A stretch of DNA of 64,000 bases, from assembly GCA_038087875.1 (NCBI GenBank), contig CM075999.1, forward strand, positions 1,676,001 through 1,740,000, in the 5' to 3' direction. The stretch's first letter is position 1. Every line of letters starts with the position of its first letter. The DNA is from Malacoraja senta. Its lineage: Eukaryota. A program made the translations under genes and the position numbers. A model generated the notes under the pieces. It was not told where the DNA came from. It saw nothing but the letters and a program-made list of their open reading frames with translations, and searched no databases. This document shows positions 13,455 through 26,598 of the stretch, piece after piece.

Positions 13455-13885
13455 GGTCGGCACAGTGGTAGAGTTGCTGCCTTACAGCACCAGAGACCCG
13501 GGTTTGACCCTGACTATGGGTGCTGTCTGTATGGAGTTTGTGCGTTCTTCCCGTGATCTGCAGTGGTTTTCTCAGAGATCTTCAGCCTCCTCCCACACTC
13601 CAAAGACGTTCAGCTTCTCAAAGATCCTCCCACACGAAAGACATTCAGGTTTGTTGGTTAATTGGTTCAGTTTATTGTTACGTGTACTGAGGTACAGTGA
13701 AAAGCTTTGGCTGCATTCTAACCAGTCAGCAGAAAGACAATACATGTTTCCTATTGAGCCATATACTATGGCTTCAGTGAAATTGTAGAGTGTCCCTCGT
13801 GTGTGCAGGATAGGGCTAATGTGCAGGTTGGCAGGGACTCGGTGGGCCAAAGGGCCTGTTTCCGCGCTGTATCTCTAAACTAAAC
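13455..13885 (+). mobile_element. V-SINE with internal insertion
   Basis: Head and tail present; LINE 3'UTR piece at ~13660-13770. Confidence 0.8.
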
Positions 13886-14085
13886 ATCTGGCTCAAAGTG
13901 GAGGCATTGGGAACGTTGAGCCCGTGCATGGGGAACACCTAGAGGCCCTGTAAAGCCGTGGATCGCCAAAAATGATAGGAAGAGAGGAGCTAAAAGAAAA
14001 GAGGGGGGGGGGGAAAGAAGTGGTTGATTGGGATGGAAAAGCAGAGCAGGGAGTCACAAAGTCAATAAAACGCTCAGAATGTTCA

Positions 14086-14248
14086 AGAAGGAACTGCAGA
14101 TGCTGGAAAATTGAAGGTACACAAAAATGCTGGAGAAACTCAGCGGGTGCAAGCAGCATCTATGGAGCGAAGGGAATAGGCAACGTTTCGGGCTGAAACG
14201 TTGCCTATTTCCTTTGCTCCATAGATGCTGCTGCACCCGCTGATGTAC
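14086..14248. mobile_element. Fold-back Penelope pseudo-LTR insertion
   Basis: TSD CTCAGAATGTTCA at 14073-14085 and 14249-14261. Confidence 0.85.
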
Positions 14249-15427
14249 CTCAGAATGTTCAGCTGGGCAGCTCCTCATCCAACTGCCCCACTGATCCCAT
14301 CCGTGAACGGTGGTGCAGCAGTAGAGTTGCTGCCTTACAGCGCCAGAGACCCGGGTTCGATCCTGACATTGGGTGCCATCTGTACGGAGTTTGTTAACGG
14401 TTCCCACAATGGCTTCAAGAGCCACCACTGGTATGGGAGCAAGTCATTCTCAAAGGCGAAGAAGGAGGACAAACATTTACCAAAGGAGAAGTGGGAATGA
14501 AGAACTTACCACCCCAAAAAGTAGTTATGATGAGGAGCATATAACTTGGATCTAGATGAACACGCATGGCAAGCAGTAACAGAAAGTGGAATTGCTACTT
14601 AACATGGAATATATATATATACTGCCACAGATTGATTGGGTCAAATGGCCTATATCTGTGCTGTAATTACTTTGCAATATGTAATAAAGATCTGAAGATG
14701 GACGAGAGGTTTGCCAATCTTATTACTTAACAATAAATCATTATCAGTTAGATTAGAAAAATAGACAATTGGTGAACTTTGACAAGAATGACAGGCGGGG
14801 CTACAGATCGAGGCAATGTCAGTAAGAAAGACACAGGTAGCACCAAAGGCTGTGACGACAGCACTGACCTTGAATGTTAGTGGCAGATAACAGGACCTAT
14901 TCCAGCTACAAGCCCAGCAACTCCTCAGTTTTCAAAAGACTAGCAAGGACAAACCCAGCACGTGTACCTAGATGTGGAGGAAGGAACTGCAGATGCTGGT
15001 TCAAACCGAAGATAGACACAAACAGCTGGAGCAACTCAGCGGGACAGGCAGCATCTCAGGAGAGAAGGAATCTGTGAGGTTTCGGGTCGAGACCCTTCTT
15101 CAGACTGAGAGTCAGGGGAAAGGGAAACAAGAGGTGTGGACGGCGATATAGAGAGAGATGTAGAATCACAGAGAGGGAGCAGCGAGAGAAGAAGTGGCAG
15201 AACTCTCGTCGGAGAGAGGGGGAGAACTTCTTCAAAATTGACATAACTTGAGGAGATTTCATCAACACCCCCGTGTGGTTGTTCTAAAGAATTAAACCGT
15301 CTCTCTATTTGAAGCACTTAATGGAGCAGCTGTTCCACTCATCATGGAGCATGCTGCACAGTAGATACATAAAATGTCTGAGGTTCTCAGGTACCTCCTG
15401 CATCCCTTTTAACTTCACTTCTCTGTT

Positions 15428-15700
15428 GGTCCAGCAGCGGTAGAGTTGCTGCCTTACAGCGCCAGAGACCCGGGTTCAATCCTGACTATGGGTGCTGTCT
15501 GCACGTTCTCCCTGTGAGCTGTACGGGCTTTCTCCGGTTTCCTCCTATCACTCCAAAGACGTACAGGTTTGTAGGTTAATTGGCTTGGTGCATATGTAAA
15601 ATTGTCCCTAGTGTGTGTAGGGTAGTGTTAATGTGCAGGGATTGCTGGTCAGTGCACTAGGGCCTGTTTCCACGCTGTATCTCTAAAACTAAAAAGCTAA
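15428..15700 (+). mobile_element. V-SINE (HE1-like)
   Basis: Same structure. Confidence 0.88.
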
Positions 15701-16134
15701 AATTTATTGGAGTTACATGCTCAGTTCCCAAGTGATGCACGCTGGTAGGTGAGGAATGAAATGATGGCCTTGCTAAGAACAATAACATGAGCCAGACTCT
15801 AAATAGAAAGTCTCCAAATAGAAGCATACCTATTAATACTGATTTACAAAACGCACATTAACTCTGAGGTGCATTCAGTCTTCATTGGTTTTACCATTAC
15901 CCAATGGCACAGTTAGCATTGCCACTTGACTTGCAGCTATCACATTTTACATGTTTGAAGAAGGGTCCCGACCCAAAACGTCACGCATCCTTTTTACATA
16001 GAAACATAGAAACATAGAAACTAGGTGCAGGAGGAGGCCATTCGGCCCTTCGAGCCAGCACCGCCATTCATTGTGATCATGGCTGAGAGTCTCCAGAGAT
16101 GCTGCCTGACCCGCTGAGTTACACCAGCAATAGT

Positions 16135-16808
16135 TTTAGAACGGAAAGAGGCCCTTCGGCCCACCGGGTCCACGCTGACCAGCGATCCCCGTACACTAAC
16201 ACTATCCTACACCCACTAAAGACAATTTTTACATTTACCAAGCCAATTAACCTACAAGCCCGTATGTCTTTGGAGTGTGGGAGGAAACCGGAGATCTTGG
16301 ATAAAACCCACGCAGGTCACGGGGGGAACGTATAAACTCCGTACAGACAGCACCCGTAGTCGGGATCGAACCCAGGTCTCCGGCGCTGCATTCGCTGTAA
16401 GGCAGCAACTCTACCGCTGCGCCACCGTGGCCGCCCTTTGTGTCTATCTTCAATACAAACCAGCATCTGCAGTTCCTTTCTACCTATTACATTTTAGTTT
16501 TAGAGATACAGCTTGGAAACAGACTCTTCAGCTCACCGACTGCGTGCCAACCATCAATCACCCGCTCACATGAGCTCCATGTTATTCTACTTTCTCATCC
16601 ACTCCCTACACATTAGGAGCAATTGACAGAGGCCAATTAAACCACAAACCCGCACATCTTTGGGATGCGGGAGGAAACCCGAGCAGCTGGAGGAAACCCA
16701 CGCGGTCACGGGGAGAACATACAAACTCCACACAGACAACATCCAAGGTCAGGATTGAACCAGGGTCTCTGGTGCTGTGAGGATGCAGCTCCATCAGCTG
16801 TGCCACCC
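16135..16808 (-). mobile_element. Two V-SINEs in tandem (16135-16437 and 16495-16808)
   Basis: Same structure. Confidence 0.85.
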
Positions 16809-17544
16809 TATATTTTTAAAACCAACATAATACATTATACTTCAAAAATAGTCACTTGTCTTCATATTCTCATCAACAGAATTTGACCTGCAAAAGGCAA
16901 ATGCTTTTGTTTATGCCTTGGTGTTGTCATATTCTCTAAAGAACGCATCATAGAGCTGCACAACACAGAAACAGTCCCAATCTCTCCATGCCAACCAGGT
17001 TCTCAAAAAAATGCTGGAGAAACTCAGCGGGTGAGGCAGCATCTATGGAGAGAAGGAATAGGCGACGTTTCGGGTCGAGACCCTTCTTCAGACTGATGTC
17101 GGGGGGGCATCTCTGGAGAATATGGATGGGGGATGTTCGAAAAGACATGCAAGACTCTATGACAAATACAAGGCATGCAAGTTAAGTCTTGTTCCATGGA
17201 CTACAGAATTGAAATTCGCTTCGAAGCATTTAGTGAATGTATAAATCATATCTAAAATACATTGATAAATTAATCAAAGGGATCTGGTGTTTCACAATGA
17301 CCAGGCATATTTGGACAGCCACTAAAACAACATGTGGGAGTATTAGAAAATTGCAGTTTACTGCAAGAACTACTCTAGCGAAGGACTTGTGGTTAGAAAG
17401 TTCCTTCACATCTTCAGAATGTTTTTTAAGGCTTTTGATAGTCAAAGTACCTTTTCAAACCACAAAAACCACATACAACATATTTCTCATTTTTCTTACA
17501 ACAAAAGTAGTCGTTGTTATTTAACTCAACTCTCAGGGCAATTT

Positions 17545-17835
17545 CATCATAAGGTCACAAGTGATAGGAACAGAATTAGGCCATTCGGCCCATCAAGTCT
17601 ACTCCACCATTCAATCATGGCTGATCTATCTCTCCCTCCTAACTCCATTCTCCTGCCTTCTCCCCATAACCCGACACCCGTACTGATCAAGAATCTATCT
17701 ATCTCTGCCTTAAAAATATCCATTGACTTGGCCTCCACAACCATCTGTGGCAAAGAATTCCACAGATTCACCACCCTCTGACTAAAGAAATTCTTCCTCA
17801 TATCCTTCCTAAAGGAACGCCTTTTAATTCTGAGA
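17545..17835 (-). mobile_element. CR1 3' fragment
   Basis: MRKNFFSQRVVNLWNSLP. Confidence 0.88.
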
Positions 17836-19073
17836 TTTGGTCTCCATATATCGACTTATTACAAACATAGGGTGCAACAAAATGTTGATAATAAATGGTT
17901 TTAGGACCTGGCGAGGGGTGAGTAAAGATAAGAAGTAGGTACATCCCTCTCATAATGTCCAATCTTACTTTCTTTTTTCTTTTTTCTTTTTCCGCCTTTT
18001 GGGTTTTTTCTTTTCTTTTTTAACTATTTCTTGTGGTTTAGGTTCATATGGGTGTTCCTGGACCACTCTTTCATTCACCCACTGACTATCTTTACTAACT
18101 CTTTCTATCCTTTTTTCCTATTAAAGTTTAAAATAAGAAGTGGTACAAGAACTGTATAAACTTACGTTATTGCAGATTACTGTAATGTAAAATAAAAAAA
18201 TTAAAAAAATAAAAATAAAAAAATAAAAATTCTGAGGCTATGATCTCTTGTCCTGGACTCTCCCACGAGTGGAAACATCCTCTCCACCTCCTCTCTATCC
18301 AAGCCTTTCACTATTTCACCTTTCACATCAGTCCTTCTATCCAATTTCCCTGCGATGCATTCTCCCTCAACTAACCCCCCCCCCCCCCTACAATCGAGCC
18401 ATTCACTGTACAGATACATGATAGATTAATCCATTCTCTTGGAGAAAGTTAGGGAAAAGATTTTTAAAAAGTGGAATTAGAGAGCGTGAGATAAACACAG
18501 GATGTAAAAATTACAAAAAAACTCAAGAAGGAATCTCACCCCTAACTGTGAATCTTTTCTCTCATCTCTACAATTCACCATCCACCTTCTAACCTCTTGC
18601 CCTCTCTGCATCTATTCGTTGCTAACTATTGATGCTACATCTATGGTCTCATTTATTTCCGTCACCCTTGTTCAATCTGACCCATCCACTTCTGTGCTTG
18701 CAACACTTTCACCTTGGAACTAACTGCAACATTATTCATGTAATAGGAAGGAATTAGCAGATGCTGGCTTATACCAAAGATAGACACAAAGTGCTGAAGT
18801 ATCTCAACAGGACTCTGGAGCAAAAGGATGGGTGGACCCTACTTCAGTCTGAGGATATAACAGAAACAAGTTGTTGAAGAGGCCATGGAGTGATTTTTAT
18901 ATGGAACATGTTGGACCCATTGGGTCACATCCCCCAACCGGGCATGCGGTACGCGGGGTCACAAGGGAGGATATATATACATATGTAGAATGAGACAATG
19001 TCTGAAGAAGGGTCCCAACCTGAAACATCACGCATTATTTTCCACCAGAGACGCTGCCTGACTCGCTGAGTTA

Positions 19074-19261
19074 AGGGCCTGTCCCACTTGGACGTCATTT
19101 GCGCGTCACGCAGGTGGCACACGAGGATTTTGAGAATCCCAAAATCCTGGGGCGCCGCGTGCTACCGCACATCACTGCCTAAGTCACCACGTCTCACCAC
19201 GCGCGTCGTGCATTGTGACGCATAAATGATGTGCAAATAACGCCCAAGTGGGACAGGTCCT
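19074..19261. mobile_element. MITE, probably PIF/Harbinger superfamily
   Basis: TIR AGGGCCTGTCCCACTTGG ... CCAAGTGGGACAGGTCCT, 3-bp TTA TSD. Interrupts a Penelope repeat (CTGAG-TTA|TTA-TTCCA). Confidence 0.85.
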
Positions 19262-19369
19262 TTATTCCAACACTTTTATGTGCGACTTTCCCAACATCAT
19301 TAAACCTGCTAAGAATGACGCTCTACTGGTTTGGTGATCTGACCGTTACTTCTAAGAAACCGAGTGTCA

Positions 19370-19840
19370 GCTCTCAGAAACATCCTCTCACCGGGTCATG
19401 ACCTCCTCATGGAACATCAAACCATTGTCTCATTTCCTCAGGAAATCCTGCTTCCAATTTCCAGCCTTGTACCTCCCCAAACTCCAGAGCCCCTTCCGAC
19501 TCCTCCCCGTTGATTCAACACCGAACATTTCTTCCGACCTCAATTCTATTTTTTCTTCTCTTGTTCCGTCCCTCCCACTTTTAATGCTCCCCTGTCACAG
19601 TAACAGTTTCCATTTCCAGTTTCCAAGCCTTAATTGTCTCAACCGTCACTTTCAACGGCAAATCCCTTTATGCCTCCAGTCCAAAACACTGTTCTCGACA
19701 AGGCCTCCACTACCTCTTTGAACAGAGCCCAAGCTCTCTCCACCTGACTCGACTTTTATATTCACCTCCCCCAAGTCAAACACTGTGGCTATAAGGAATT
19801 CCCTTGGGCATAAGCTATACCCATCTCTTAGATTCAAGAG
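19370..19840 (+). mobile_element. Old, degenerate Penelope RT fragment
   Basis: Collinear decayed matches to the LYLPK, LDSILSPLV-SLPT and GVAMGT-GPSYA segments of 21769-22200. Confidence 0.6.
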
Positions 19841-21219
19841 TCATATATCATACATCAGGCTCATCTCCCCCAAAATGCCATACTGACTTAGTTGACTTTC
19901 TAGTCCCATTTAGCCCATATCACTCCAGATCCTTCTTATTTATTTCTTCAAACGTCTTTGAAAGGCATCTTTTCTTTGGAAGCTTGCTCCAGATGATTAC
20001 CCTCAGTGAAAAGGTTGTTCAAAAGAAAGAAAAAGTCTCAACCTTTCCCTTTTAACTCACACCAACAAGTCCAGGTGGCATCCTGGTGATATACACAAAA
20101 TGCTGGAGCAAGTCAGCGGGGCAGGTAGTATCTCTGGAGAGATGGAATGGGTGATGTTTTGGGTCGCGACCCTTCCTCAGAGTGAATGTCTTCTGTACCT
20201 GGTTCAACTTAATGTCATCCTTCCTAGAGTTGGGTGACCAGAACTGCATGCAGTGTGGGCTCACAATGACCTGTACAGCTGTATGATAATGTCACAATTT
20301 TTGTAATCAATATCCTCCCCAATTAATGCGCAATAAAGAGTATCAAGGCGTATGGGGAATGAGTGTGAATATGACTGTGAGATGGAGTATTAACCATGAT
20401 CCAACTGAATGGTGAAGCAGACCTGAAGGGCCGAATGGCCAACTGCACTCCTGTGGTCTCATAGGAATGATGCTCGGAGAACTGCACTTGGCCATAGAAC
20501 TTGCACCAGAAGTTTGACGTACTTGGAAGAGTGGGCTTTGGGTGTTCAGAGTGATGTAAAGTGATCTAGATAGCGTGGTTCACTCCAGGGGGAAACAAAA
20601 ATTGGTTGATTATGGAAGGAAAAGTTATGAAAGAGAGTTTCAGTGCGATGAACGGAAAGGAAGAGAAAGGTAATGTGCCAGGATGACTTGAGGCAGGTGG
20701 AGAAAAGAGGTTTATGTCAACTGCAAGAACCAAGTGGACAAGTGGGGGGAAGCAAGCCATCGTACATTTCGTAAACCTTTAGTAGTTTAAACTTCAGAGA
20801 TATAGCGTGGAAACAGACCCTTAGGCCCAGTGAGTCCGCAATGACCAGCCACCACCCTGTACACTAACCTACACACACTAGGGACAATTTTACAACTTAC
20901 CGAAGCTGATTAATCTACGAGTTCCATGCACACTTTCACATGCTCTAAGAAGCTATAATGTATAAGTTTATGCTCAGTGCATTTTAGAACCTGGGCCTTA
21001 AGATATCATCGCGGCAGATGCCTAAACAAGCCTTATTTGTTCCCCTATCAGAGCTGAAAAACATACTTTGTCCCAAGGCAAGAAAACTTTTCCCATTGTG
21101 TATAATCTTCAGAATGCATCTACAACGTTACAAATTTAGCATTAGAAAAACAAGGTATCTACTTTGGAACAGCTGCACTATTATTCACCTTGCATTCTTT
21201 TAATCTGATGTGTCAAAGC

Positions 21220-21715
21220 ACATAGAAAATAGGTGCAGGAGTAGGCCATTTGGCCCTTCGAGCCATTCATTGTACTGATCATGGTTGATCATCCACAATC
21301 AGTAACTCGTGCCTGCCTTCTCTCCATATCCCTCGATTCCATTAGCCCCAAGAGCTATATCTCTCTTGAAAACATCCAGTGAATTGGCCTCCACTGCCTT
21401 CAATGGCAGAGAATTCCACAGATTCACAACTCTCTGGGGCACACAATGCTCCAGGTGGGATCTCACTAGGGCCCTGTACAATTGCAGAAGGACCTCTTTG
21501 CTCCTATACTCAACTCCCCTTGTTATGAAGGCCAACATGCCATTCGCTTTCTTCACTGCCTGCTGTACCTGCATGCTTACTTTCAGTGACAGATGAACAA
21601 GGACCCCCAGATCTCGCTGTACTTCCCTTTATCCCAACTTGACACCATTCAGATAATGGGCCTTACTGTTTTTGCCACCACAGTGGATAACCGCACATTT
21701 ATCCACATTAAACTG
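21220..21715 (-). mobile_element. CR1 fragment with internal deletion
   Basis: HLEHCV joined directly to QRVVNLWNSL at ~21436. Confidence 0.85.
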
Positions 21716-21768
21716 AAGGATCTTGTTGTGTGTGTAAATTGTATTTACGATACAATACGATAGAACTT

Positions 21769-23336
21769 GCCCCGCACGGCCCGATTTTACCTTCTCCCCA
21801 AAATCCACAAACCTGACTGTCCTGGTAGACCCTTTGTCTCTGCCTGTTCGTGCCCTACCAAACTTATTTCCACATACCTCGACTCCATCCTATCCCCGCT
21901 GGTTAAATCCCTCCCGACCTATGTTCAAGACACCTCAGACACTCTCCGTCGTCTCCGGGCATTCCATTCTCTAGGCTCCCATCCCCTCATCTTCACTATG
22001 GACGTCCAGTCACTCTACACCTCCATCCCCCACCAGGAGGGTCTCAAAGCCCTCCGGTTCTTCCTCAACCGGAGAACCAACCAATCCCCGTCTACAGATA
22101 CTCTCCTCCTTACCCTTAATAACTTTTCATTTGACTCCTCCCATTTCCTCCAAATACAAGGCGTAGCTATGGGCACACGCATGGGCCCCAGCTATGCCTG
22201 CCTCTTTGTAGGGTACGTCGAACAATCCTTGTTCGAGACGTACCAGGGCCCCATCCCCGAACTCTACCTCCGCTACATCGACGATTGCATTGGTGCTACC
22301 TCCTGCACCCACACACAACTCACTGACTTCATCAACTTTACCACTAACTTCCATCCGGCACTCAAATACACCTGGACCATTTCCGACACTTCCCTAACAT
22401 TTCTCGACCTCACTATCTCCATCGCAGGTGATAGACTTCTGGCCGACATCCACTATAAACCCACTGACTCCCATGGCTATCTAGACTACACTTCTCCAAC
22501 CCTGCTTCCTGTAAGGACTCCATCCCCTACTCCCAATTCCTCCGTCTACACCGCGTCTGCTTCCAGGATGAGGTGTTTCACACCAGGGCATCGGAAATAT
22601 CCTCATTCTTCAGGGAATGGGGGTTCCCCGCCCCTACTATAGATGAGGCTCTCACCAGGGTCTCTTCAATACCCCGCAACACTGCTCTCTCTCCCCATCC
22701 CCCACTCGGAACAAGGGCAGAGTCCCCATGGTCCTCACCTTCCACCCCATTAGCCGTCACATACAACAAATAGTCCTCCGTCATTTTCGCCACCTCCAAT
22801 GTGACCCCACCAATCGCCACATCTTCCCATCTCCCCCCCTGTCTGCTTTCTGCAAAGACCGCTCCCTCCGTAACTCCCTGGTCAATTCTTCACTTCTCAC
22901 CCGCACCACCCCCTACCGTGGCACTTTCCCTTGCAACCGCAAGAGATGGTACACTTGTCGCTATACCTCCCCCCTCGACTCCATTCAAGGACCCAAGCAG
23001 TCGTTCCAGGTGCGACAGGGGTTCACCTGCACCTCCTTCAACCTAATCTATTACATCCGCTGCTCTAGATGTCAGCTGATCTACATCGGTGAGACCAAGC
23101 ATAGGTTTGGCGATCGTTTCGCCGAACACCTCCGCTCGGTCCGCATTAACCAACCTGATCTCCCTGTGGCTCAGCACTTCAACTCCCCCTCCCATTCCGA
23201 ATCCGACCTTTCTGTCCTGGGCCTCCTCCATGGCCAGAGTGAGCACCACCGGAAATTGGAGGAGCAGCACCTCATATTCCGCTTGGGCAGTCTGCATCCC
23301 AGTGGCCTGAACATTGAATTCTCCCAATTCCGTTAG
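21769..23336 (+). pseudogene. Penelope RT-GIY-YIG ORF, frameshifted
   Basis: Split across ORFs 21767-22642, 22573-22773 and 22728-23336; frameshifts near 22495 and 22705. Confidence 0.9.
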
Positions 23337-23432
23337 CCCTTGCTGTCTCCTCCCCTTCCTATCTCTCCCTCAGCCCTTGGGCTCCACCTCTTCCTTTTTC
23401 CTTTCTTCTTCCCGTCCCCCCCCCCCCCCACC

Positions 23433-23498
23433 CAGCATCAGTCTGAAGAAGGGTTTCGGCCCGAAACGTTGCCTATTTCCTTCGCTCCATAGATGCTG
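23433..23498 (+). ncRNA. Minimal hammerhead ribozyme motif in the Penelope pseudo-LTR
   Basis: CTGAAGA (23443-49), stem II GGG-TTTCGG-CCC, GAAA, palindromic ACGT, GUU triplet. Flanks CAGCATC / GATGCTG can pair. Confidence 0.7.
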
Positions 23499-24324
23499 CC
23501 GCACCCGCTGAGTTTCTCAAGCACTTTTGTCTACCTTCGATTTTCCAGCATCTGCAGTTCCTTCTTGAACATGAGAACTTTATTTATCCCAGGGGGGAAA
23601 TTGATCTGCCAACAGTCATAAAACACAAGATACATGAAACATGAAATTAAAGTGACGAGTGGAAAGGATTGGGGATGAGCAAAGATTTGGGGAGGGGAGT
23701 CAGTCTACCCCACGACAGAAGACGGAAGAGTTATACAGTTTGGTAGCCACTGGGAAGAAGGACCTCCTGTGGCGTTCTGTACTACATCTTGGTGGAACCA
23801 GTCTTTGCTGAAGGTACTCCTCAGATTGAGAAAACCATTCCAACCGCTTGTGGTGGGTGACGTCCAGTGGTTGGGAGATGCCAGGTAAATGCAAGATCTT
23901 TCTCTCTGTACCATTTTATACATTAAATAAAATGTGCTTTAAGTGTTGGAGGAGAACTTGAAACCACACTGTTGACTCAGTTGAAGGCGTTTGCCCGGGG
24001 CAAAACGCTGTACAGTTGGCAAGCCGAGCTTCAGTTTGATCTCTCTTCAAAACCAATTTAGATTGTCAAGAAATCGCAATGACCACAGAAGCCAGTTGGA
24101 AAATGTCACCAATTATCTACAGTTACTCTATCACAAATACTGTCAGAAGCATTACATCAGGAATTGAATCATTTCCTTGTTATTTTCATTCTTAGAAATA
24201 TATTCAAGTACTCTGCTAATAATAGATTGGAGGAACTATCTGGTTTTGGGTTGGCCATTAACAAGTACAATTTGGGTCCATGAGGGAAATATCCTCCCAA
24301 GCATCTCCCGTTAACTTTAGGCAC

Positions 24325-24836
24325 ACTGACACTGACTGGTTGCATCGTGGCCTGGTTCGGTAACTTGAATATCCCAGGAGCAGAAAATATTGCAGAAAGT
24401 TGTGACCACTGCCCAGTCCATCATCGGCTCTATCCTCCCCACCATCGAAGAGATCTATCGCAGTCGCTGTCGCAAAAAGGCTGCCAACATCATCAAGGAC
24501 CCACACCATCCTGGCCACGCACTCATCTCTCCGCTGCCATCGGGAAGAAGGTGCAGGAGCTTGAAATCTGGAACATCCAGGTTCAGGAACAGCTACTTCC
24601 CCACAGCCATCAGGCTATTAAACTCGCCATCAAACAAACTCTGAACAATAACAGCCTATTGCACTTTATCTGTTTATTTATCGTGTATATATATGGTCTA
24701 TGGTATAAAGACACACTGAACTTTTATCTCCTGTTCTGTATTACATTTACATATTCTGTTGTGCTGCAGCAAGCAAGAATTTCATTGTCCTATCTGGGAC
24801 ACATGACAATAAAACTCTCTTGACTGGACTCTTGAC
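24325..24836 (+). mobile_element. Rex1/Babar LINE 3' fragment
   Basis: QKVVTTAQSIIG...IIKDPHHPGH...LPSGRR...FRNSYFPTAIRLLN, then 3'UTR with AATAAA. Confidence 0.88.
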
Positions 24837-25744
24837 TATATGGTCTACAGAATCCCATGTCAAGCGAGATGCCTGTGTGGCAGAGTCTGATCAGAGGAAA
24901 AGAAGGGTCACTGTGTGTCCGAGATGGTATCTGGAATAGCAACGTGCACCTAAAGAATGACTATGATAATAAAAAACACGAGCAGTGTTAATAAGTAAAC
25001 ATATTAAGCAGAGGGTGGTGGGGGGGGGGGAGGGGATTGCCCAAAACTTGCTCAAAACACACACTTTGTAAGGAGGAAGTAAGAGATGAAAAAGAGGAGA
25101 GAAATGTGGAATTATATGAAGCCCTTTCATGTTTCAGGGCAACGCACCATGTGTCACAATAGATACATTCCTCTTGATTTGTTATCGCTAACATAACAAG
25201 CTAGGCAAAGGCACGTACTGTAGATGCACAGAAGGCATTTGTTTGACTTTGTCTCCTCTCCCGCCCAGCATCCCGGCCGCACTAACTGTACGTGATCTTC
25301 AAGATGGAGTGCGCCATCATCATGCACAACAACAGCTCATGGTGGGACTGGATCTACAATCACAGCATAGTTGACCTGCCCATGAATATCTCGCCTGTAT
25401 AAAAATGACAAACGGTGCAGCACGTAGGCACCAGAGGCCTCCTCCATAACAGCAGCTCAGGCAGACATGGCTGGCATACCAATCAGGCTTTCGATTGTTT
25501 CACCAAACCACAAATCAAAACACGATGGGTATCAAGAGGCCCTTGGCCAATTTTCATACAGAAGGAACTACAAATAAAAAATAGAAATCTGATTTTAAAC
25601 AAACTCAAGTCAACAGGCGATTGATTTTCATAAAAGGAAATATATTTAACCTCATTTCTGCGAATGGTGTTTATTTATACAGCTGCGTTCTTGCAGGTAG
25701 CCAAGAGGGAGAGATAAGAGAACCGACAGTTTATGCAGCCACAT

Positions 25745-26030
25745 TTGACTCGACTTTAGATATGCAGTGTGGAAACAGGCCCCTCGGCCCACCGAGTCTA
25801 CGCCGACCAGCGATCACCCCGCACTCTTGCACTTTCCTACACTGCAGAGTCAATTTACAATTTTACCAAAGCCATTTAACGTACCAACCTTTACGACTTT
25901 GGAGTGTGGGAGGAAACCGGTGCACCCGGAGAAAACCCACGTGTCCATACAGACAGCACCCGTAGACAGGATCAAACCTGAGTCACTGGCGCTGTAAGGC
26001 AGCAACTCTACCGCTGTGCCACCGTGCCAC
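25745..26030 (-). mobile_element. V-SINE (HE1-like)
   Basis: Same structure. Confidence 0.88.
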
Positions 26031-26296
26031 CCCCAAGTAAGTTTAAGCTGCAGGATTTTGAGTTTACCTCATCCGCCTCAATTTGTTGCTCTGTTAAGAC
26101 AGGAAAACTTAGTTTGGAAAACGTAATACTTGTATTCTTTGTAGAAGTTAACAAATGGAACCAGGACAAGACCATTCAGCCCTTTCCACATAATCTGTCA
26201 GACAATAAGCTTGCAGCTAACTTTTACCTCTGCACTATTTTCCCTTGTTAACCCTGTATCCCATGAATTTTTCAGCATCCAAAACGATATCAAAAT

Positions 26297-26598
26297 GGGC
26301 CGGCACAGTGGTGCAGCGGTAGAGTCACTGCCTTACAACGCCAGAGACCCAGGTTCGATCCTGACTACAGGTGCTGTCTCTATGGAGTTTGCACATTCTC
26401 CCTGTGACCGCGTGGGTTTTCTCCGGGTGCTCCGGTTTCCTCCCACACTCCAAAGACGTTCAGGTTTGCAGGTTAATTGGTTTCTGTAAATTATCCCTGT
26501 TGTGTAGGGTAGAATTAGTGTATGGGTGATCGATGGTTGACGTAGACTCGGTGGGCCAAAGGGCCTGTCTCCACGCTGCATCTCTAAACTAAACTAAA
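26297..26598 (+). mobile_element. V-SINE (HE1-like)
   Basis: Same structure. Confidence 0.9.

Larger units (their letters stand above)
21769..23573 (+). mobile_element. Penelope-like element, 5'-truncated, with 3' pseudo-LTR
   Basis: RT (FYLLPKIHKP, GVAMGTRMGPSYA, RYIDD) then GIY-YIG endonuclease (NLIYYIRC...YIGETK...RFAEH). TSD AGAACTT at 21762-21768 and 23574-23580. Inserted in the tail of a Rex1-type copy. Confidence 0.95.

Noticed and set aside
20050..20095. Endothelin-like CHLD motif on the minus strand
   Set aside because: It is an alternative frame of CR1 TRMPPGL, adjacent to a Penelope repeat.
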